64,000 nt of DNA from Candidatus Latescibacterota bacterium (GTDB lineage Bacteria > Latescibacterota > UBA2968 > UBA8231). The stretch is from NCBI GenBank assembly GCA_965261395.1, contig OZ253462.1, forward strand, positions 1,568,001 through 1,632,000, read 5' to 3'. The notes beneath the pieces are model-generated. The model was not told the DNA's origin. It did not search any database and saw only the letters and a program-made list of their open reading frames with translations. Numbering within the stretch: position 1 is the stretch's first letter; each line of letters starts with the position of its first letter. Positions 29,186 to 39,794 of the stretch are shown here, piece by piece. A program made the translations under genes and the position numbers.

Positions 29186-30031
29186 ATGAGAACCCTCAAA
29201 TACAGTATTTTGCTCGCCACTGCCCTATTAATCACCTGCAGCGACGACGACAATCCCGTCGAAGGGAGTAGGGACAATGCGATTGGCAATACAGAGAGCC
29301 GTGGGCAGGGGCAACTCGCCGCCGCTCAAGAGCACGATGGCGGGGATAATACCATTGGCAATGCAGCGAGCCATTGGCGGGGGCTAGAGATCAGTCCCGA
29401 GAGTAGATGTTCCCCTTATGAGCGCAGCAACTATCGCTACTCGCAGTCTGTCGAGCTTGCCATTATCGAAGGACTCGGCGGCATATACAGCCCGTACACT
29501 GGGCGCTGTTTTGCTAGTCAGTGGGAGACGGATATCGAGCACATAGTCGCGCTTTCCGAGGCGCATGACAGTGGGCTATGCGAGCCTGCCCCCAACATCA
29601 TGCAGCTACGTCAAGCCTTTGCTTCCGATCCGCTCAATCTGACGCTTGCCAGCCCTGAATTAAACCGCGACCGCAAGCAGCACTACGACGGTGCCGAATG
29701 GATGCCGCCCCTGAATAGGTGCTGGTTTGCCCAGCGCGTCGTTGAAGTGCGCAGAAAGTATGGCCTCACTATTGACCGCAGGGAGGCGGAAGCACTAGAG
29801 CGCATACTTTCTGCCTGTTCCTCTGTCGAGATGGAGTTTATTGATTGTGGATTGGCGACTTCGGAAGTTAGGCTGGCAAGCTCAGATGCGCTTAGCGAGT
29901 ATGACGACGACGGCAATGGGCGCATCTCTTGCGCGGAGGCACGACGGCACGGCATAGCTCCCGTCAGCAGTAGCCATCCGGCGTATCCATTTATGCACGA
30001 CGGGGATGGCGATGGCGTCGTATGCGAATGA
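29186..30031 (+). CDS. lipoprotein HNH/DUF1524-type nuclease with C-terminal Excalibur Ca-binding domain
   Basis: Lipobox-like LLITC; DIEHIVALSEAHDSG, DPLNLTLA and DGDGDGVVCE. Confidence 0.85.
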   Translation: MRTLKYSILLATALLITCSDDDNPVEGSRDNAIGNTESRGQGQLAAAQEHDGGDNTIGNAASHWRGLEISPESRCSPYERSNYRYSQSVELAIIEGLGGIYSPYTGRCFASQWETDIEHIVALSEAHDSGLCEPAPNIMQLRQAFASDPLNLTLASPELNRDRKQHYDGAEWMPPLNRCWFAQRVVEVRRKYGLTIDRREAEALERILSACSSVEMEFIDCGLATSEVRLASSDALSEYDDDGNGRISCAEARRHGIAPVSSSHPAYPFMHDGDGDGVVCE

Positions 30032-33000
30032 ACCAAAACTTCTCGATCCACTCAGCCCTGCAAGACTTTGCTGCCTCGGTGACCGCGAAGATGACTCAAA
30101 TTACCCTTGGCGAACCCGAAGACCAACTGCGCGGTCCCTTCGAGACCTTTATGAACGAGGTGGGCCATGCTTTCGACTGGAATGTCGTCTGCACCGGCGA
30201 AACTCCCCTGCCCGACCGTCTCGGTCGCCCGGATTACGCTGTTCATCTCAATCAACTGCTCATCGGCTACGTCGAGCTCAAGGCTCCCGGCGTTGGCGCG
30301 GCAGCCACCCGTTTCAGAGGCCATAATCGCAATCAGTTCAAGCGGTTCTCGGCTATTCCCAACATTCTTTATACCGACGGCAACGAGTGGGTGCTCTACC
30401 GAGACGGCAAACAGGTGCGAGGTTGCCATCTGTCTGGCGATGTCGCCGCCGACGGCAGGGAGGCCACCGCGCCCCAGGACGCCCACGCCGTTGAAGATCT
30501 CTTGCGCGATTTCCTCTTGTGGGAGCCTAGCATCCCCGTCAACCGCAACCGCAAAATTGACCTCAATCGCTTTGCCGAGTTGCTGGCACCACTGTGCCGC
30601 ATGTTACGCGACGACGTGATGGACGCGCTCAAAGACCCGGCTTCGCCCCTCGTACACCTTGCGCAAGACTGGCGACAACTCCTCTTCCCGAACGCCTCGG
30701 ACGAGCAGTTCGCGGACGCGTACGCCCAGACCGTTACCTTCGCTCTACTGCTAGGCCGCAGCGAGGGGGCCGACCCGCTCTCCCTTGAAAGCGCGAGAAA
30801 TGCCCTTGCCGTACAGCACAACCTGCTGTCGCGGGCGCTGCAAGTACTGACGGACCCCAACGCACATGCCGACATCGCCGCTTCCCTGGACTTGCTGCTG
30901 CGCGTCATCGCTGTCGTGCCGCCTGCCACGCTCACCGGCCCCGAGGATCCCTGGCTCTACTTCTACGAAGACTTCCTCGCTAAGTACGATCCCGAGTTGC
31001 GCAGGAACGCTGGGGCCTACTATACCCCGGTGGAGGTCGTCCGCACCCAAGTGCGCCTAATTGATAACTTGCTCGTCAATCGTCTCGGCAAGCCGCTGGG
31101 CTTCGCTGATCCCGGCGTCGTCACGCTCGATCCTGCGGTCGGAACCGGAACCTATTTGCTCGGCGTCATTGAACACGCTCTCGGCCGGATCGAAAAGGAA
31201 CAGGGCGCGGGTGCTGTCACAGGCCAAGCCACCACGCTGGCTAAAAACCTGTATGGCTTTGAGTTGTTAGTTGGTCCTTACGCTGTAAGCGAACTGCGCG
31301 TCAGCCGTGCCCTCCATGACCGAGGTGCCGATCTGCCCCAAGACGGCACACACCTTTATCTGACCGACACCCTCGAAAGCCCCCACGCTTCACCGCCGCA
31401 ATCGCCGTTGTTCCTGCAGCCCATCGCCGAGCAGCACGCCAAGGCACTCAAAGTCAAGAACAAGGTCCCCGTCATCGTCTGCCTAGGCAATCCGCCCTAC
31501 GACCGACATGAGGCTGACGACTCCAATAAGGCCCGCACCGGCGGCTGGGTCCGCTGGGGTGATGGCCGTGCTCGCACGATTCTTCGCGATTTCCTCGACC
31601 CGGCCATCGATGCTGGGCACAGTGTCCACGTCAAGAACCTCTATAATCTCTATGTCTATTTCTGGCGCTGGGCGCTGTGGAAGGTCTTTGAGCAAGACAC
31701 CGCCGAAGGCCCCGGCATCGTCAGCTTCATCAGCGCTTCGAGCTACCTCGACGGCGATGCTTTCTCTGGAATGCGTGAACACATGCGCCGCGTCTGCGAC
31801 GAAATCTGGATCCTCGACCTCGGCGGCGAGGGACGCGGCACGCGCCAAGATAGCAATGTCTTTGCGATTCAGACGCCAGTAGCCATTGTCGTGGCGTTCC
31901 GTGCGGGGGAGGTGGAAACCGATAAGTCCGCGAAAGTCCGCTATGCCCGGATTGAGGGGATGCGTGCGGAGAAGCTCGCCGCGCTCGCCGCTATCGACGG
32001 CTTTGCGAAAGTGAAATGGCAGAATTGCCCAGATGACTGGCAGGCCTCATTTCGCCCAGCGGGTGAAGGGGCTTACTTCGATTGGCCGCTTCTGACCGAC
32101 CTAATGCCGTGGCAGCACTCGGGAGTGCAATTCAAGCGGACATGGCCGATTGGACCAGACGCGGGAACATTGGAACGGCGTTGGCGCAGATTATTAAGTG
32201 CCGAGAATCGCGCCGAGGCGTTCCGCGAGACAGGAGACCGTACTGTCAATGGGACGTATCGCGTCGCCCTAACAGATCGGAACGACTCGACGCCGATTTC
32301 CAAACTACCGCATAACACTCCCCTTCCCGAAGTCCGAAGATACGCGTATCGCTCTTTTGACCGCCATTACATCATCGCGGACGGTCGCTTGATGTCCCGC
32401 CCACGCCCCGACCTGTGGCGCGCCCACGGCGAGCGGCAGGTGTACTTGACGAGCTCGTTCTCTCAAGCTCTGGGATTAGGGCCAGCGCTTACTGCTTGTG
32501 CGACGATCCCCGATCTTCACTATTTCTCTGGCCGCGGCGCAAAGGACACGATTCCCCTCTACCGCACCGCCGACGCCTCACAGGCGAACATTACCCCCGA
32601 CCTGCTCAAAATCCTCAACACGGAATACAAGCGCAAAGTCACACCCGAAGATTTCCTTGCCTACGTCTATGGCGTGTTGGCGCAACCAGCCTTCACCACA
32701 CGGTTCAAGAATGAACTGGGAACACGCAAACTGTGCGTGCCCATCACAAAGGATGCGGCGTTGTTCGATAAGGTCATCAAGGCAGGCGAACGGCTGCTGT
32801 GGCTCCACACCTACGGCGAGCGTTTCGTCCCTACGCAACAGACGCCTGGCCGTGTTCCGCCCGGTGCGGCCAAATGCGTCGAGGCTATCCCCGGCCATGC
32901 CGAGGAGTTTATTTACAACGACTCCACCCAGACGCTTCGTATCAGCGGAGGCGAATTCGCATCCATCGCACCCGAGGTGTATGAGTTCGAAGTCTCCGGC

Positions 33001-33288
33001 CTCAAGGTCGTGCAGTCTTGGCTTAAGTACCGCATGAAGAAAGGGGCTGGCAAGAAATCCTCACCTCTCGACAACATCCGCCCTGCACGCTGGACCAGCC
33101 AGTTCACCACGGAACTACTCGAATTGCTCTGGGTTCTGGAGGAAACGGTAAAGTGCTATCCCGAACAGGAGAAGCTGCTCAAAGCCGTGATCGAGAGCGA
33201 CTGCTTCCAAGCCAACAAAATGCCGACCGTCCCAGACGAAATGCGCAAACCGCCGCGTACTAGTGAAACGAACATGGAACTATTTTGA
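30028..33288 (+). CDS. single-chain restriction-modification enzyme (type IIG/ISP-like: PD-(D/E)xK + N6-MTase + TRD)
   Basis: RPDYAV...GYVELK, YYTPVEVV, LDPAVGTGTY, GNPPY and YRSFD motifs; no helicase motifs. Confidence 0.9.
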   Translation: MNQNFSIHSALQDFAASVTAKMTQITLGEPEDQLRGPFETFMNEVGHAFDWNVVCTGETPLPDRLGRPDYAVHLNQLLIGYVELKAPGVGAAATRFRGHNRNQFKRFSAIPNILYTDGNEWVLYRDGKQVRGCHLSGDVAADGREATAPQDAHAVEDLLRDFLLWEPSIPVNRNRKIDLNRFAELLAPLCRMLRDDVMDALKDPASPLVHLAQDWRQLLFPNASDEQFADAYAQTVTFALLLGRSEGADPLSLESARNALAVQHNLLSRALQVLTDPNAHADIAASLDLLLRVIAVVPPATLTGPEDPWLYFYEDFLAKYDPELRRNAGAYYTPVEVVRTQVRLIDNLLVNRLGKPLGFADPGVVTLDPAVGTGTYLLGVIEHALGRIEKEQGAGAVTGQATTLAKNLYGFELLVGPYAVSELRVSRALHDRGADLPQDGTHLYLTDTLESPHASPPQSPLFLQPIAEQHAKALKVKNKVPVIVCLGNPPYDRHEADDSNKARTGGWVRWGDGRARTILRDFLDPAIDAGHSVHVKNLYNLYVYFWRWALWKVFEQDTAEGPGIVSFISASSYLDGDAFSGMREHMRRVCDEIWILDLGGEGRGTRQDSNVFAIQTPVAIVVAFRAGEVETDKSAKVRYARIEGMRAEKLAALAAIDGFAKVKWQNCPDDWQASFRPAGEGAYFDWPLLTDLMPWQHSGVQFKRTWPIGPDAGTLERRWRRLLSAENRAEAFRETGDRTVNGTYRVALTDRNDSTPISKLPHNTPLPEVRRYAYRSFDRHYIIADGRLMSRPRPDLWRAHGERQVYLTSSFSQALGLGPALTACATIPDLHYFSGRGAKDTIPLYRTADASQANITPDLLKILNTEYKRKVTPEDFLAYVYGVLAQPAFTTRFKNELGTRKLCVPITKDAALFDKVIKAGERLLWLHTYGERFVPTQQTPGRVPPGAAKCVEAIPGHAEEFIYNDSTQTLRISGGEFASIAPEVYEFEVSGLKVVQSWLKYRMKKGAGKKSSPLDNIRPARWTSQFTTELLELLWVLEETVKCYPEQEKLLKAVIESDCFQANKMPTVPDEMRKPPRTSETNMELF

Positions 33289-33325
33289 GTCCTGTCTTAG
33301 GGACTCTGTAACAGGAGAGGATTAA

Positions 33326-33511
33326 ATGGCTGAGAGAAAGAATTCCACGGCAAAAGAAGCACCATCCAAGAACAGGCAGCTCCATGAGGATAGGAATATA
33401 CCCACGATCAAGGTAGATATTCCCATGCCCAAAGGAGCCAAGTCCCCCAAGAAGAGTCAGGGGAGCCCGCCCCGAGAAAGGCATCCTTGCTGGAAGCGAA
33501 CTATAGGATAA
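33326..33511 (+). CDS. small basic Pro-rich protein (61 aa)
   Basis: Strong AGGAGAGG RBS; sits between the RM gene and the FRG gene. Confidence 0.5.
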   Translation: MAERKNSTAKEAPSKNRQLHEDRNIPTIKVDIPMPKGAKSPKKSQGSPPRERHPCWKRTIG

Positions 33512-33526
33512 TCAGATAGTCAAAAG

Positions 33527-35110
33527 ATGAGCGAAAATCGGCGAGTTAAAGACGTTGCAGGATACCTAAAGGAAATCTCAGAGATAAAAGCTAAATGGCC
33601 CAACTCTACCTTGGTCTTTCGGGGCCAGGAAGACGTGGAGTGGTCTTTGGCATCTTCAGCGGAACGCCGCCTGAAGGCGAGTCTCTCAAGCCAAAACAGA
33701 ATACCCGATCAGGTCTTCATTGAATACCATGAAGACCTGCTGAAGAAATGCAAGCTGAAGAACTACGACCAACGCGAGCAAAAGCAATTAGACGACCTAG
33801 AGCTACTCGCCGACCTCCAACATCACGGGGCCGCAACCTGCCTCATTGACTTCACGCGCAATGCTCTCATCGCCCTGTGGTTCGCCTGTGAAAAGTCAGA
33901 TGAGGATGAGAATGGAAAAGTGTTTGCCGTCAACACGGCTGATGAGAAAACCTTTTTGGAAATAACGCCCACCGATATAGAGAACAAATCAATAAGAGAT
34001 GTCCTCGATTTCGAAACTCGCAAAATCGATAACGATCAGAAGGATGAACCTCCGAAGATCCGCGATACCAACAAAGATCAGGCGAAGGAACTTCCGATAC
34101 CGGAAACTTCCGCGACACTCCCTGACAAACCAAGCTTCTGGTACTGGACACCGGCACACTTGAACGAGCGCATAACGGCGCAGCACTCTCTATTCCTCTT
34201 CGGCCTTCCTTCCCGAGGGGAACTGAGATCGGAGGAGATAATCATCGAATCAGCAAGTAAAGAACAGATACGACGAGAGTTGGAAGAACTGCACGACATC
34301 CGGGAAGAATCCCTCTTCCCTGATTTTGTAGGCTTTGCCTACACCCAGCGTTCTAATGCTCCCTACCCCACCTTTGATGCCAAGGAATATCTCCGCCGCG
34401 GGGTCGAGGCAGGACAACGGGGACAGTATTTGGAGGCCATCGAAGATTTTACCAAGGCGATTGAACTAAAACCAGATTACGCCGAAGCCTATTACTTGCG
34501 CGGCCTTGCTTACAGAAGGCAAGGCGAGTACGAACACGCCATCGAAGATTTTACCAAGGCGATTGAACTAAAACCAGATTACGCCGAAGCCTATTACTTG
34601 CGCGGCCTTGCTTACAGAAGGCAAGACGAGTACGAACACGCCATCGAAGATTTTACCAAGGCGATTGAACTGAAGCCGGATCACGCCGAAGCCCATTACG
34701 ATCGCGGCATCTGCTTTGTTTACGGCATCCAAGACGAGTACGAACACGCCATCGAGGATTTTACCAAGGCGATTGAACTGAAGCCGGATCACGCCGACGC
34801 CCATTACAATCGCGGCATCTGCTTTGTTTCCGGCATCCAAGACGAGTACGAACACGCCATCGAGGATTTTACCAAGGCGATTGAACTGAAGCCGGATCAC
34901 GCCGACGCCCATTACAATCGTGGTCTTGCCTGCTTACACTTGAAAAAGTGGCAAGAAGCCAAATCAGACTTGGCCACCGCCAAGTATATGGGAGTGGACA
35001 TTGTCTCTTTGTTTGATAGCTATAACGAAAGCGTCGCCGACTTTGAGCGAGAATTCGGGATTACATTGCCGGAGGACATAGCGGCTATGCTAACAGAAAG
35101 CGAAAATTGA
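33527..35110 (+). CDS. FRG-domain protein with C-terminal TPR repeats
   Basis: FRGQ...W.L, QHHGAATCLIDFT.N.LIALWFA and NERITAQ.SLF; five AIEDFTKAIELKPD repeats. Confidence 0.92.
   Translation: MSENRRVKDVAGYLKEISEIKAKWPNSTLVFRGQEDVEWSLASSAERRLKASLSSQNRIPDQVFIEYHEDLLKKCKLKNYDQREQKQLDDLELLADLQHHGAATCLIDFTRNALIALWFACEKSDEDENGKVFAVNTADEKTFLEITPTDIENKSIRDVLDFETRKIDNDQKDEPPKIRDTNKDQAKELPIPETSATLPDKPSFWYWTPAHLNERITAQHSLFLFGLPSRGELRSEEIIIESASKEQIRRELEELHDIREESLFPDFVGFAYTQRSNAPYPTFDAKEYLRRGVEAGQRGQYLEAIEDFTKAIELKPDYAEAYYLRGLAYRRQGEYEHAIEDFTKAIELKPDYAEAYYLRGLAYRRQDEYEHAIEDFTKAIELKPDHAEAHYDRGICFVYGIQDEYEHAIEDFTKAIELKPDHADAHYNRGICFVSGIQDEYEHAIEDFTKAIELKPDHADAHYNRGLACLHLKKWQEAKSDLATAKYMGVDIVSLFDSYNESVADFEREFGITLPEDIAAMLTESEN
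34436..34925 (+). repeat. intragenic tandem TPR repeats (unit spacing 102, 102, 108, 108 bp)
   Basis: GCCATCGARGATTTTACCAAGGCGATTGAACT at 34436, 34538, 34640, 34748 and 34856. Confidence 0.92.
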
Positions 35111-35151
35111 CCCCGTAAATCTAAAATCAACCCCAAAGAGGAGCACCCCAC

Positions 35152-35970
35152 ATGAAATTCACCACCTGTAACGAGTACTTCACCGACTGGCCCATCGAAG
35201 AAGTCTTCGACTACGCCGCCGACCTCGGGTACACCGCCGTCGAAATCGCCCCCTTTACCCTCGCCGACAGCGTCGAAGACATCCCTGCATCGCGTCGCGC
35301 CCAAATCCGCGCTGCCGCCGAACGAGCCGGCGTCGAAATCGCGGGCCTGCACTGGCTTTTGGCCAGCCCCGACGGGCTATACATCACCCATCCCGCCCCG
35401 GCCATCTACCGGCGCACCCGCGCGTACTTCAAGGAGCTAGTCCAATTCTGCGGCGACCTCGGCGGCCAAGTGATGATCATCGGCTCGCCCATGCAGCGTA
35501 ACCTGCAGGAAGGTTGGGATTACCAAGATTGCTGGAACCGCATGCGCGGAGCCTTTGAAGGCAGCTTGGAGTTGGCCCAACAGCACGGCGTCTATCTGTG
35601 TATAGAGTCCTTGAGCAAGGAGCAGACGAACATCATCTCCACCTGTGCGGAAGCGCGCAAAATGGTCGCCGAGATCGACCACCCGCACTTCCAGACCATG
35701 GTCGATGTCTGCTCCGGCTCGACCGAAGAAATTCCCGTCGCCCAGCTTCTGCGCGACTCCGGCCAGCACCTCTACCACGTCCACGTCAACGACGCCAACA
35801 AGCGCGGCCCCGGCTTTGGCAACACCGACTTCGCCAGCGTCGTGCGGACGCTAAAGGAACTGGACTATCAGCGCTATGTCTCGGTAGAAGTGTTCGATTT
35901 TAGCCCGGATCCGCGCACCATTGCCGCCGGCAGTTTGCACTACCTCAAGGGCCTTGCCGCCGCACTGTGA
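35152..35970 (+). CDS. sugar phosphate isomerase/epimerase (xylose isomerase-like TIM barrel)
   Basis: GYTAVEIAPF, HVHVND...GPGFG and YVSVEVF motifs. Confidence 0.9.
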   Translation: MKFTTCNEYFTDWPIEEVFDYAADLGYTAVEIAPFTLADSVEDIPASRRAQIRAAAERAGVEIAGLHWLLASPDGLYITHPAPAIYRRTRAYFKELVQFCGDLGGQVMIIGSPMQRNLQEGWDYQDCWNRMRGAFEGSLELAQQHGVYLCIESLSKEQTNIISTCAEARKMVAEIDHPHFQTMVDVCSGSTEEIPVAQLLRDSGQHLYHVHVNDANKRGPGFGNTDFASVVRTLKELDYQRYVSVEVFDFSPDPRTIAAGSLHYLKGLAAAL

Positions 35971-36042
35971 CGCAAGCCCACCTCCCTTGACAGTACAGCC
36001 CTTTTTGCGAACTTTCGGGCACTCATAAAGAAAGGATTTCTC

Positions 36043-36417
36043 ATGCCCAACTACACCTTCAACCACATCCACCACGAGGCCGTCGACGTCCACGCCGCGG
36101 TCGATTGGTATAAGAAGCTCTTCGGCGCCACCAACGATCCGCCCTTTGAGCGCGGCGGTGCGACTTGGGTACCAGTCCACATCGGCGCAGTGCAAATCAC
36201 CATTACGGACCGCGAGTTTGCCCCGATGGAATTGGGGCGCTACCAAGGCTACGACCACCTCGCCCTCGTCTCCGACGACTTCGATCAAACCCTCGCCGCC
36301 ATCGCCGAGCAGGGCGTCGAGATCTGGATGGGGCCGGTGACGCTCGACGACGGCAACCGCATTGTCTTCATCAACGGCCCAGACAACGTCAAGATCGAGC
36401 TAATGGAGCAAAGCTGA
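36043..36417 (+). CDS. VOC/glyoxalase-family protein
   Basis: FNHIH, DHLAL and FINGPDNVKIELM. Confidence 0.9.
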   Translation: MPNYTFNHIHHEAVDVHAAVDWYKKLFGATNDPPFERGGATWVPVHIGAVQITITDREFAPMELGRYQGYDHLALVSDDFDQTLAAIAEQGVEIWMGPVTLDDGNRIVFINGPDNVKIELMEQS

Positions 36418-38295
36418 GTGGAAATCCGCCCCTTCGGCCTGTGGCCCAGCCCCCTCTCGCCCGACGAGTTGGCCAGCGCCACGCGCCTCCGCGATGTGGC
36501 TTGGGATGCCGACGGCCGCACCCTCGTCTGGCTGGAGGGCCGGGGGCCGCAGGGCGTGCTCGTCTGCCAGGAGCCGGGGGCCGCCCCGCGCGACCTCAAC
36601 ACCGCGCTCTCGGTGCGCGCCCAAGTCGGCTACGGCGGTGGTGACTTTGCTGTATCCCGCTGCCACGCGTACTTCGCCGAGCACGGCGGCCGCCTCTACC
36701 GCCAGCCGCTAGCCGGCGGCCCAGCCCAGCCGATCACGCCCCAGTTTGGCCACGCCGCGTCTCCTGCGCCTGCGCCAACAGGGCGTCATCTGGTGTACGT
36801 CCACAGCTACGAGGACCGCGACACATTGGCCGTCGTCGATGTCGCCGGGCGCTTTTGGCCGCAAATCCTCGCGGAGGGGGCCGACTTCTACATGCAGCCA
36901 ACCTGGCACCCCAAAGGAGACCGCTTGGCCTGGATCGAGTGGGATCATCCACAAATGCCTTGGGACGGCACCCGCTTGGTGCTGGGCCAGCTTGCGCGCA
37001 GCCGCCACGGGCTGCCCAGCCTGCGCACAAGCGAGGTGCTCGCCGGCGACGCGGACACCGCCATTGCCCAGCCTTGTTTTTCGCCCGATGGACGCTATCT
37101 GGTCTATGCCTCGGACGAGCGCGGCTACAGCAACCTCTGGTGCCGCGACCTCGACAGCGGGGCCACGCGCTGCCTGTACGAGGACGCCGGCGACGTCGCT
37201 GGTCCCGCTTGGGCGCAGGGCATGCGGGCGTTCTCGTGGGCCGCCGATAGCCGCACCTTGTATTTCGTGCGCAGCGAAAACGCCCAGCGCCTAGCGTACG
37301 CGCTCGACTTCGCCAGTGGAGCGGTCGCCAGGGTCGAGGCGCTGGCCGCCTACACCCATATCGAACAGCTCGCCGCGGCCCCGCGCGGCAAGGGCTTGGC
37401 CTGCATTGCCGCGGCCAGCTCGATCCCCGCTCGCATCGTCGCTGGTACTGCCAGCCAAGTAGCAGTCCGCGCCCGTTCCGCCAGCGAGTCGCTTGCTCCC
37501 GCCGATCTCTCCACGCCCGAGCCGATTTCTTGGGCCAGCGAGGACGCCACGCAAGTCCACGGGCTGTACTATCCTCCGGTCAGCCGCCGCTTTACTGGCC
37601 AAGGCCAACCGCCGCTGATTGTCATGATCCACGGCGGCCCTACCGGCCAAGTCGATACCGGATTCGAGGCCACCAATCAGTTTTTTGCCACCCAGGGCTT
37701 TGCCGTCCTCGACGTTGACTACCGAGGAAGCACCGGCCGCGGCCGGGCGTACATGACTGCCCTGCGCACCCATTGGGGCGTCCTCGATGTCGAAGACGCC
37801 ATTGGCGGTGCCCAGCACCTCGTCGCTAGCGGCCTCGCCGACCCGGGGCGCCTCGTCATCATGGGCGGCAGCGCCGGTGGCTACACGGTCTTGCGGACGC
37901 TCATCACGCGGCCCGGCTTTTTCCGCGCCGGTATCTGTCTCTACGGCGTGGCCAACCTCTTCGCCCTCGCCGCGGACACCCACAAATTTGAATCCCGCTA
38001 CCTCGACTCCATGATCGGCCCGCTGCCCGCAGCGGCTGCGGTCTATCGCGATCGCTCGCCGGTCTACGCCGCCGACCAGCTACGCGACCCGATCGCCATC
38101 TTTCAGGGGACCGATGATCAAGTCGTGCCCCCGGCCCAAGCCGAGGAGATCGTCGCCTCGTTGCGCCGCCGCAACATACCGCACGTCTATCATCTGTACG
38201 AAGGCGAAGGCCACGGCTGGCGCAAACCCGAGACCGTGCGGGCCTTCTACCAAGCCTGCGAGGCCTTCCTCCGCCAGCACGTCCTCTTCGCCTAA
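36418..38295 (+). CDS. S9-family peptidase
   Basis: HGGPT, GGSAGG, FQGTDD and GEGHGW catalytic motifs; N-terminal propeller. Confidence 0.92.
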   Translation: MEIRPFGLWPSPLSPDELASATRLRDVAWDADGRTLVWLEGRGPQGVLVCQEPGAAPRDLNTALSVRAQVGYGGGDFAVSRCHAYFAEHGGRLYRQPLAGGPAQPITPQFGHAASPAPAPTGRHLVYVHSYEDRDTLAVVDVAGRFWPQILAEGADFYMQPTWHPKGDRLAWIEWDHPQMPWDGTRLVLGQLARSRHGLPSLRTSEVLAGDADTAIAQPCFSPDGRYLVYASDERGYSNLWCRDLDSGATRCLYEDAGDVAGPAWAQGMRAFSWAADSRTLYFVRSENAQRLAYALDFASGAVARVEALAAYTHIEQLAAAPRGKGLACIAAASSIPARIVAGTASQVAVRARSASESLAPADLSTPEPISWASEDATQVHGLYYPPVSRRFTGQGQPPLIVMIHGGPTGQVDTGFEATNQFFATQGFAVLDVDYRGSTGRGRAYMTALRTHWGVLDVEDAIGGAQHLVASGLADPGRLVIMGGSAGGYTVLRTLITRPGFFRAGICLYGVANLFALAADTHKFESRYLDSMIGPLPAAAAVYRDRSPVYAADQLRDPIAIFQGTDDQVVPPAQAEEIVASLRRRNIPHVYHLYEGEGHGWRKPETVRAFYQACEAFLRQHVLFA

Positions 38296-38316
38296 AGCTC
38301 GCCAAAGGAGCATCCC

Positions 38317-39747
38317 TTGCACTACGAAACCGTCATCGGCATGGAAGTCCACGTCGAGTTGCAAACCGCCTCCAAGATGTTTTGCGCCTGCGCGGCCGAT
38401 CACTTTCAGGTGGCGGCCAACGCCCATATCTGCCCGGTGTGTACCGCCCAGCCCGGCGCTTTGCCCACAATCAACGGCCGCGCTGTCGAGCTGACGGTCA
38501 TGACCGGCATGGCCCTTCATTGCCAAGTCAAACCCCGCAGCGTCTTTGCGCGCAAGAACTACGTCTATCCCGATCTGCCCAAGGGCTACCAGATCTCGCA
38601 ATACGAGCAGCCCCTGTGCGAGAGCGGCTGGATCGAGATCGACAGTGAGAGCGGCCCCAAGCAGATCGGCGTCGTCCGCGTCCACCTCGAAGAAGACACC
38701 GGCAAGCTCCAGCACGCCGGTCGCGCCAGCCTAGTAGACTACAACCGCGCCGGCGTACCGCTGATGGAAATCGTCACCGACTCCTCGCTCCGCTCAGCCG
38801 ACGAGAGCTATGCGTACCTGACCCAAATCCGCCAGATCGTCCGCTACCTAGGCGCGTCCTCTGGCGACATGGAGAAAGGGGCCATGCGCTGCGAGGCCAA
38901 CATCTCGATCCGGCCCGCGGGCAGCCGCGAATTGGGCACCAAGGTCGAGGTCAAAAACCTCAATTCCTTCCGCGCCGTGCGCAGCGCCATCGCCTACGAA
39001 GCCGAGCGCCAGCAACACATCATCGAATCCGGTGGCCACGTCCGCCAAGAGACCATGGGCTGGGACGAACGCGCCAACATCACCCGTCCGCAGCGCAGCA
39101 AAGAGACCTCGGACGACTACCGCTACTTCCCGGAGCCCGACCTGCTCGTTGCGGACTTAGACGACGAGTGGATCACCAGAGTCCACGCCAGCCTGCCCGA
39201 GCTGCCCGACGCCAAAGCCGCGCGCTTTGCTGACACCTACGAACTCAACTCACAGGAGATCGCCGCCTTGATCGAGGACCAGGCCGTGGCCGCGTATTTT
39301 GAAGAGGCTGCCCAGGTGCAAGGCGCAGACCCCAAGCAGGTGGGCAACTGGATCACCGGGGAAATTTTTCGCCGCCTCAACGCCGAGGGCCGGTCGATTG
39401 AAGACGTCGAGGTTCAGCCAGCCGCGCTCGTCGAGTTGCTCTCCTTAGTCAAAAAGGGCACGATCAACCAAAACGCAGCTCGCGAAGTCTTTGGCCAACT
39501 GTGGGAACAGGGCGGCTCGCCCGCCGAGATTGTCGCCGCGCGCGGCCTCGGGCAAATCTCCGACAGCGGGGAACTCGACCAAGCGGTAGCCGAAGTGATC
39601 GCCGCACATCCCGACGCCGTCGAAAAAATCAAGGACGGCAACCACAACACCGTGCAATTTCTGATGGGTCAAGTAATGCGGGCGACGCGGGGGAAGGCCA
39701 ACCCGCAGCTCGTGCAAGAATTGTTGCGCCAGCAGCTAGGGATCTAA
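38317..39747 (+). CDS. gatB: Asp-tRNA(Asn)/Glu-tRNA(Gln) amidotransferase subunit B
   Basis: [34 protein letters not shown] and YRYFPEPDL; TTG start after AAGGAG. Confidence 0.97.
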   Translation: MHYETVIGMEVHVELQTASKMFCACAADHFQVAANAHICPVCTAQPGALPTINGRAVELTVMTGMALHCQVKPRSVFARKNYVYPDLPKGYQISQYEQPLCESGWIEIDSESGPKQIGVVRVHLEEDTGKLQHAGRASLVDYNRAGVPLMEIVTDSSLRSADESYAYLTQIRQIVRYLGASSGDMEKGAMRCEANISIRPAGSRELGTKVEVKNLNSFRAVRSAIAYEAERQQHIIESGGHVRQETMGWDERANITRPQRSKETSDDYRYFPEPDLLVADLDDEWITRVHASLPELPDAKAARFADTYELNSQEIAALIEDQAVAAYFEEAAQVQGADPKQVGNWITGEIFRRLNAEGRSIEDVEVQPAALVELLSLVKKGTINQNAAREVFGQLWEQGGSPAEIVAARGLGQISDSGELDQAVAEVIAAHPDAVEKIKDGNHNTVQFLMGQVMRATRGKANPQLVQELLRQQLGI

Positions 39748-39794
39748 AGTCGCAGCATCTCTACAGCCCACAGCGCTTCTCAACTCCTCGGCGG

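Noticed and set aside
34436-34925. Regularly spaced repeats as a CRISPR array
   Set aside because: Units are in-frame TPR coding repeats, the intervening sequences are also repeated, and there are no cas genes
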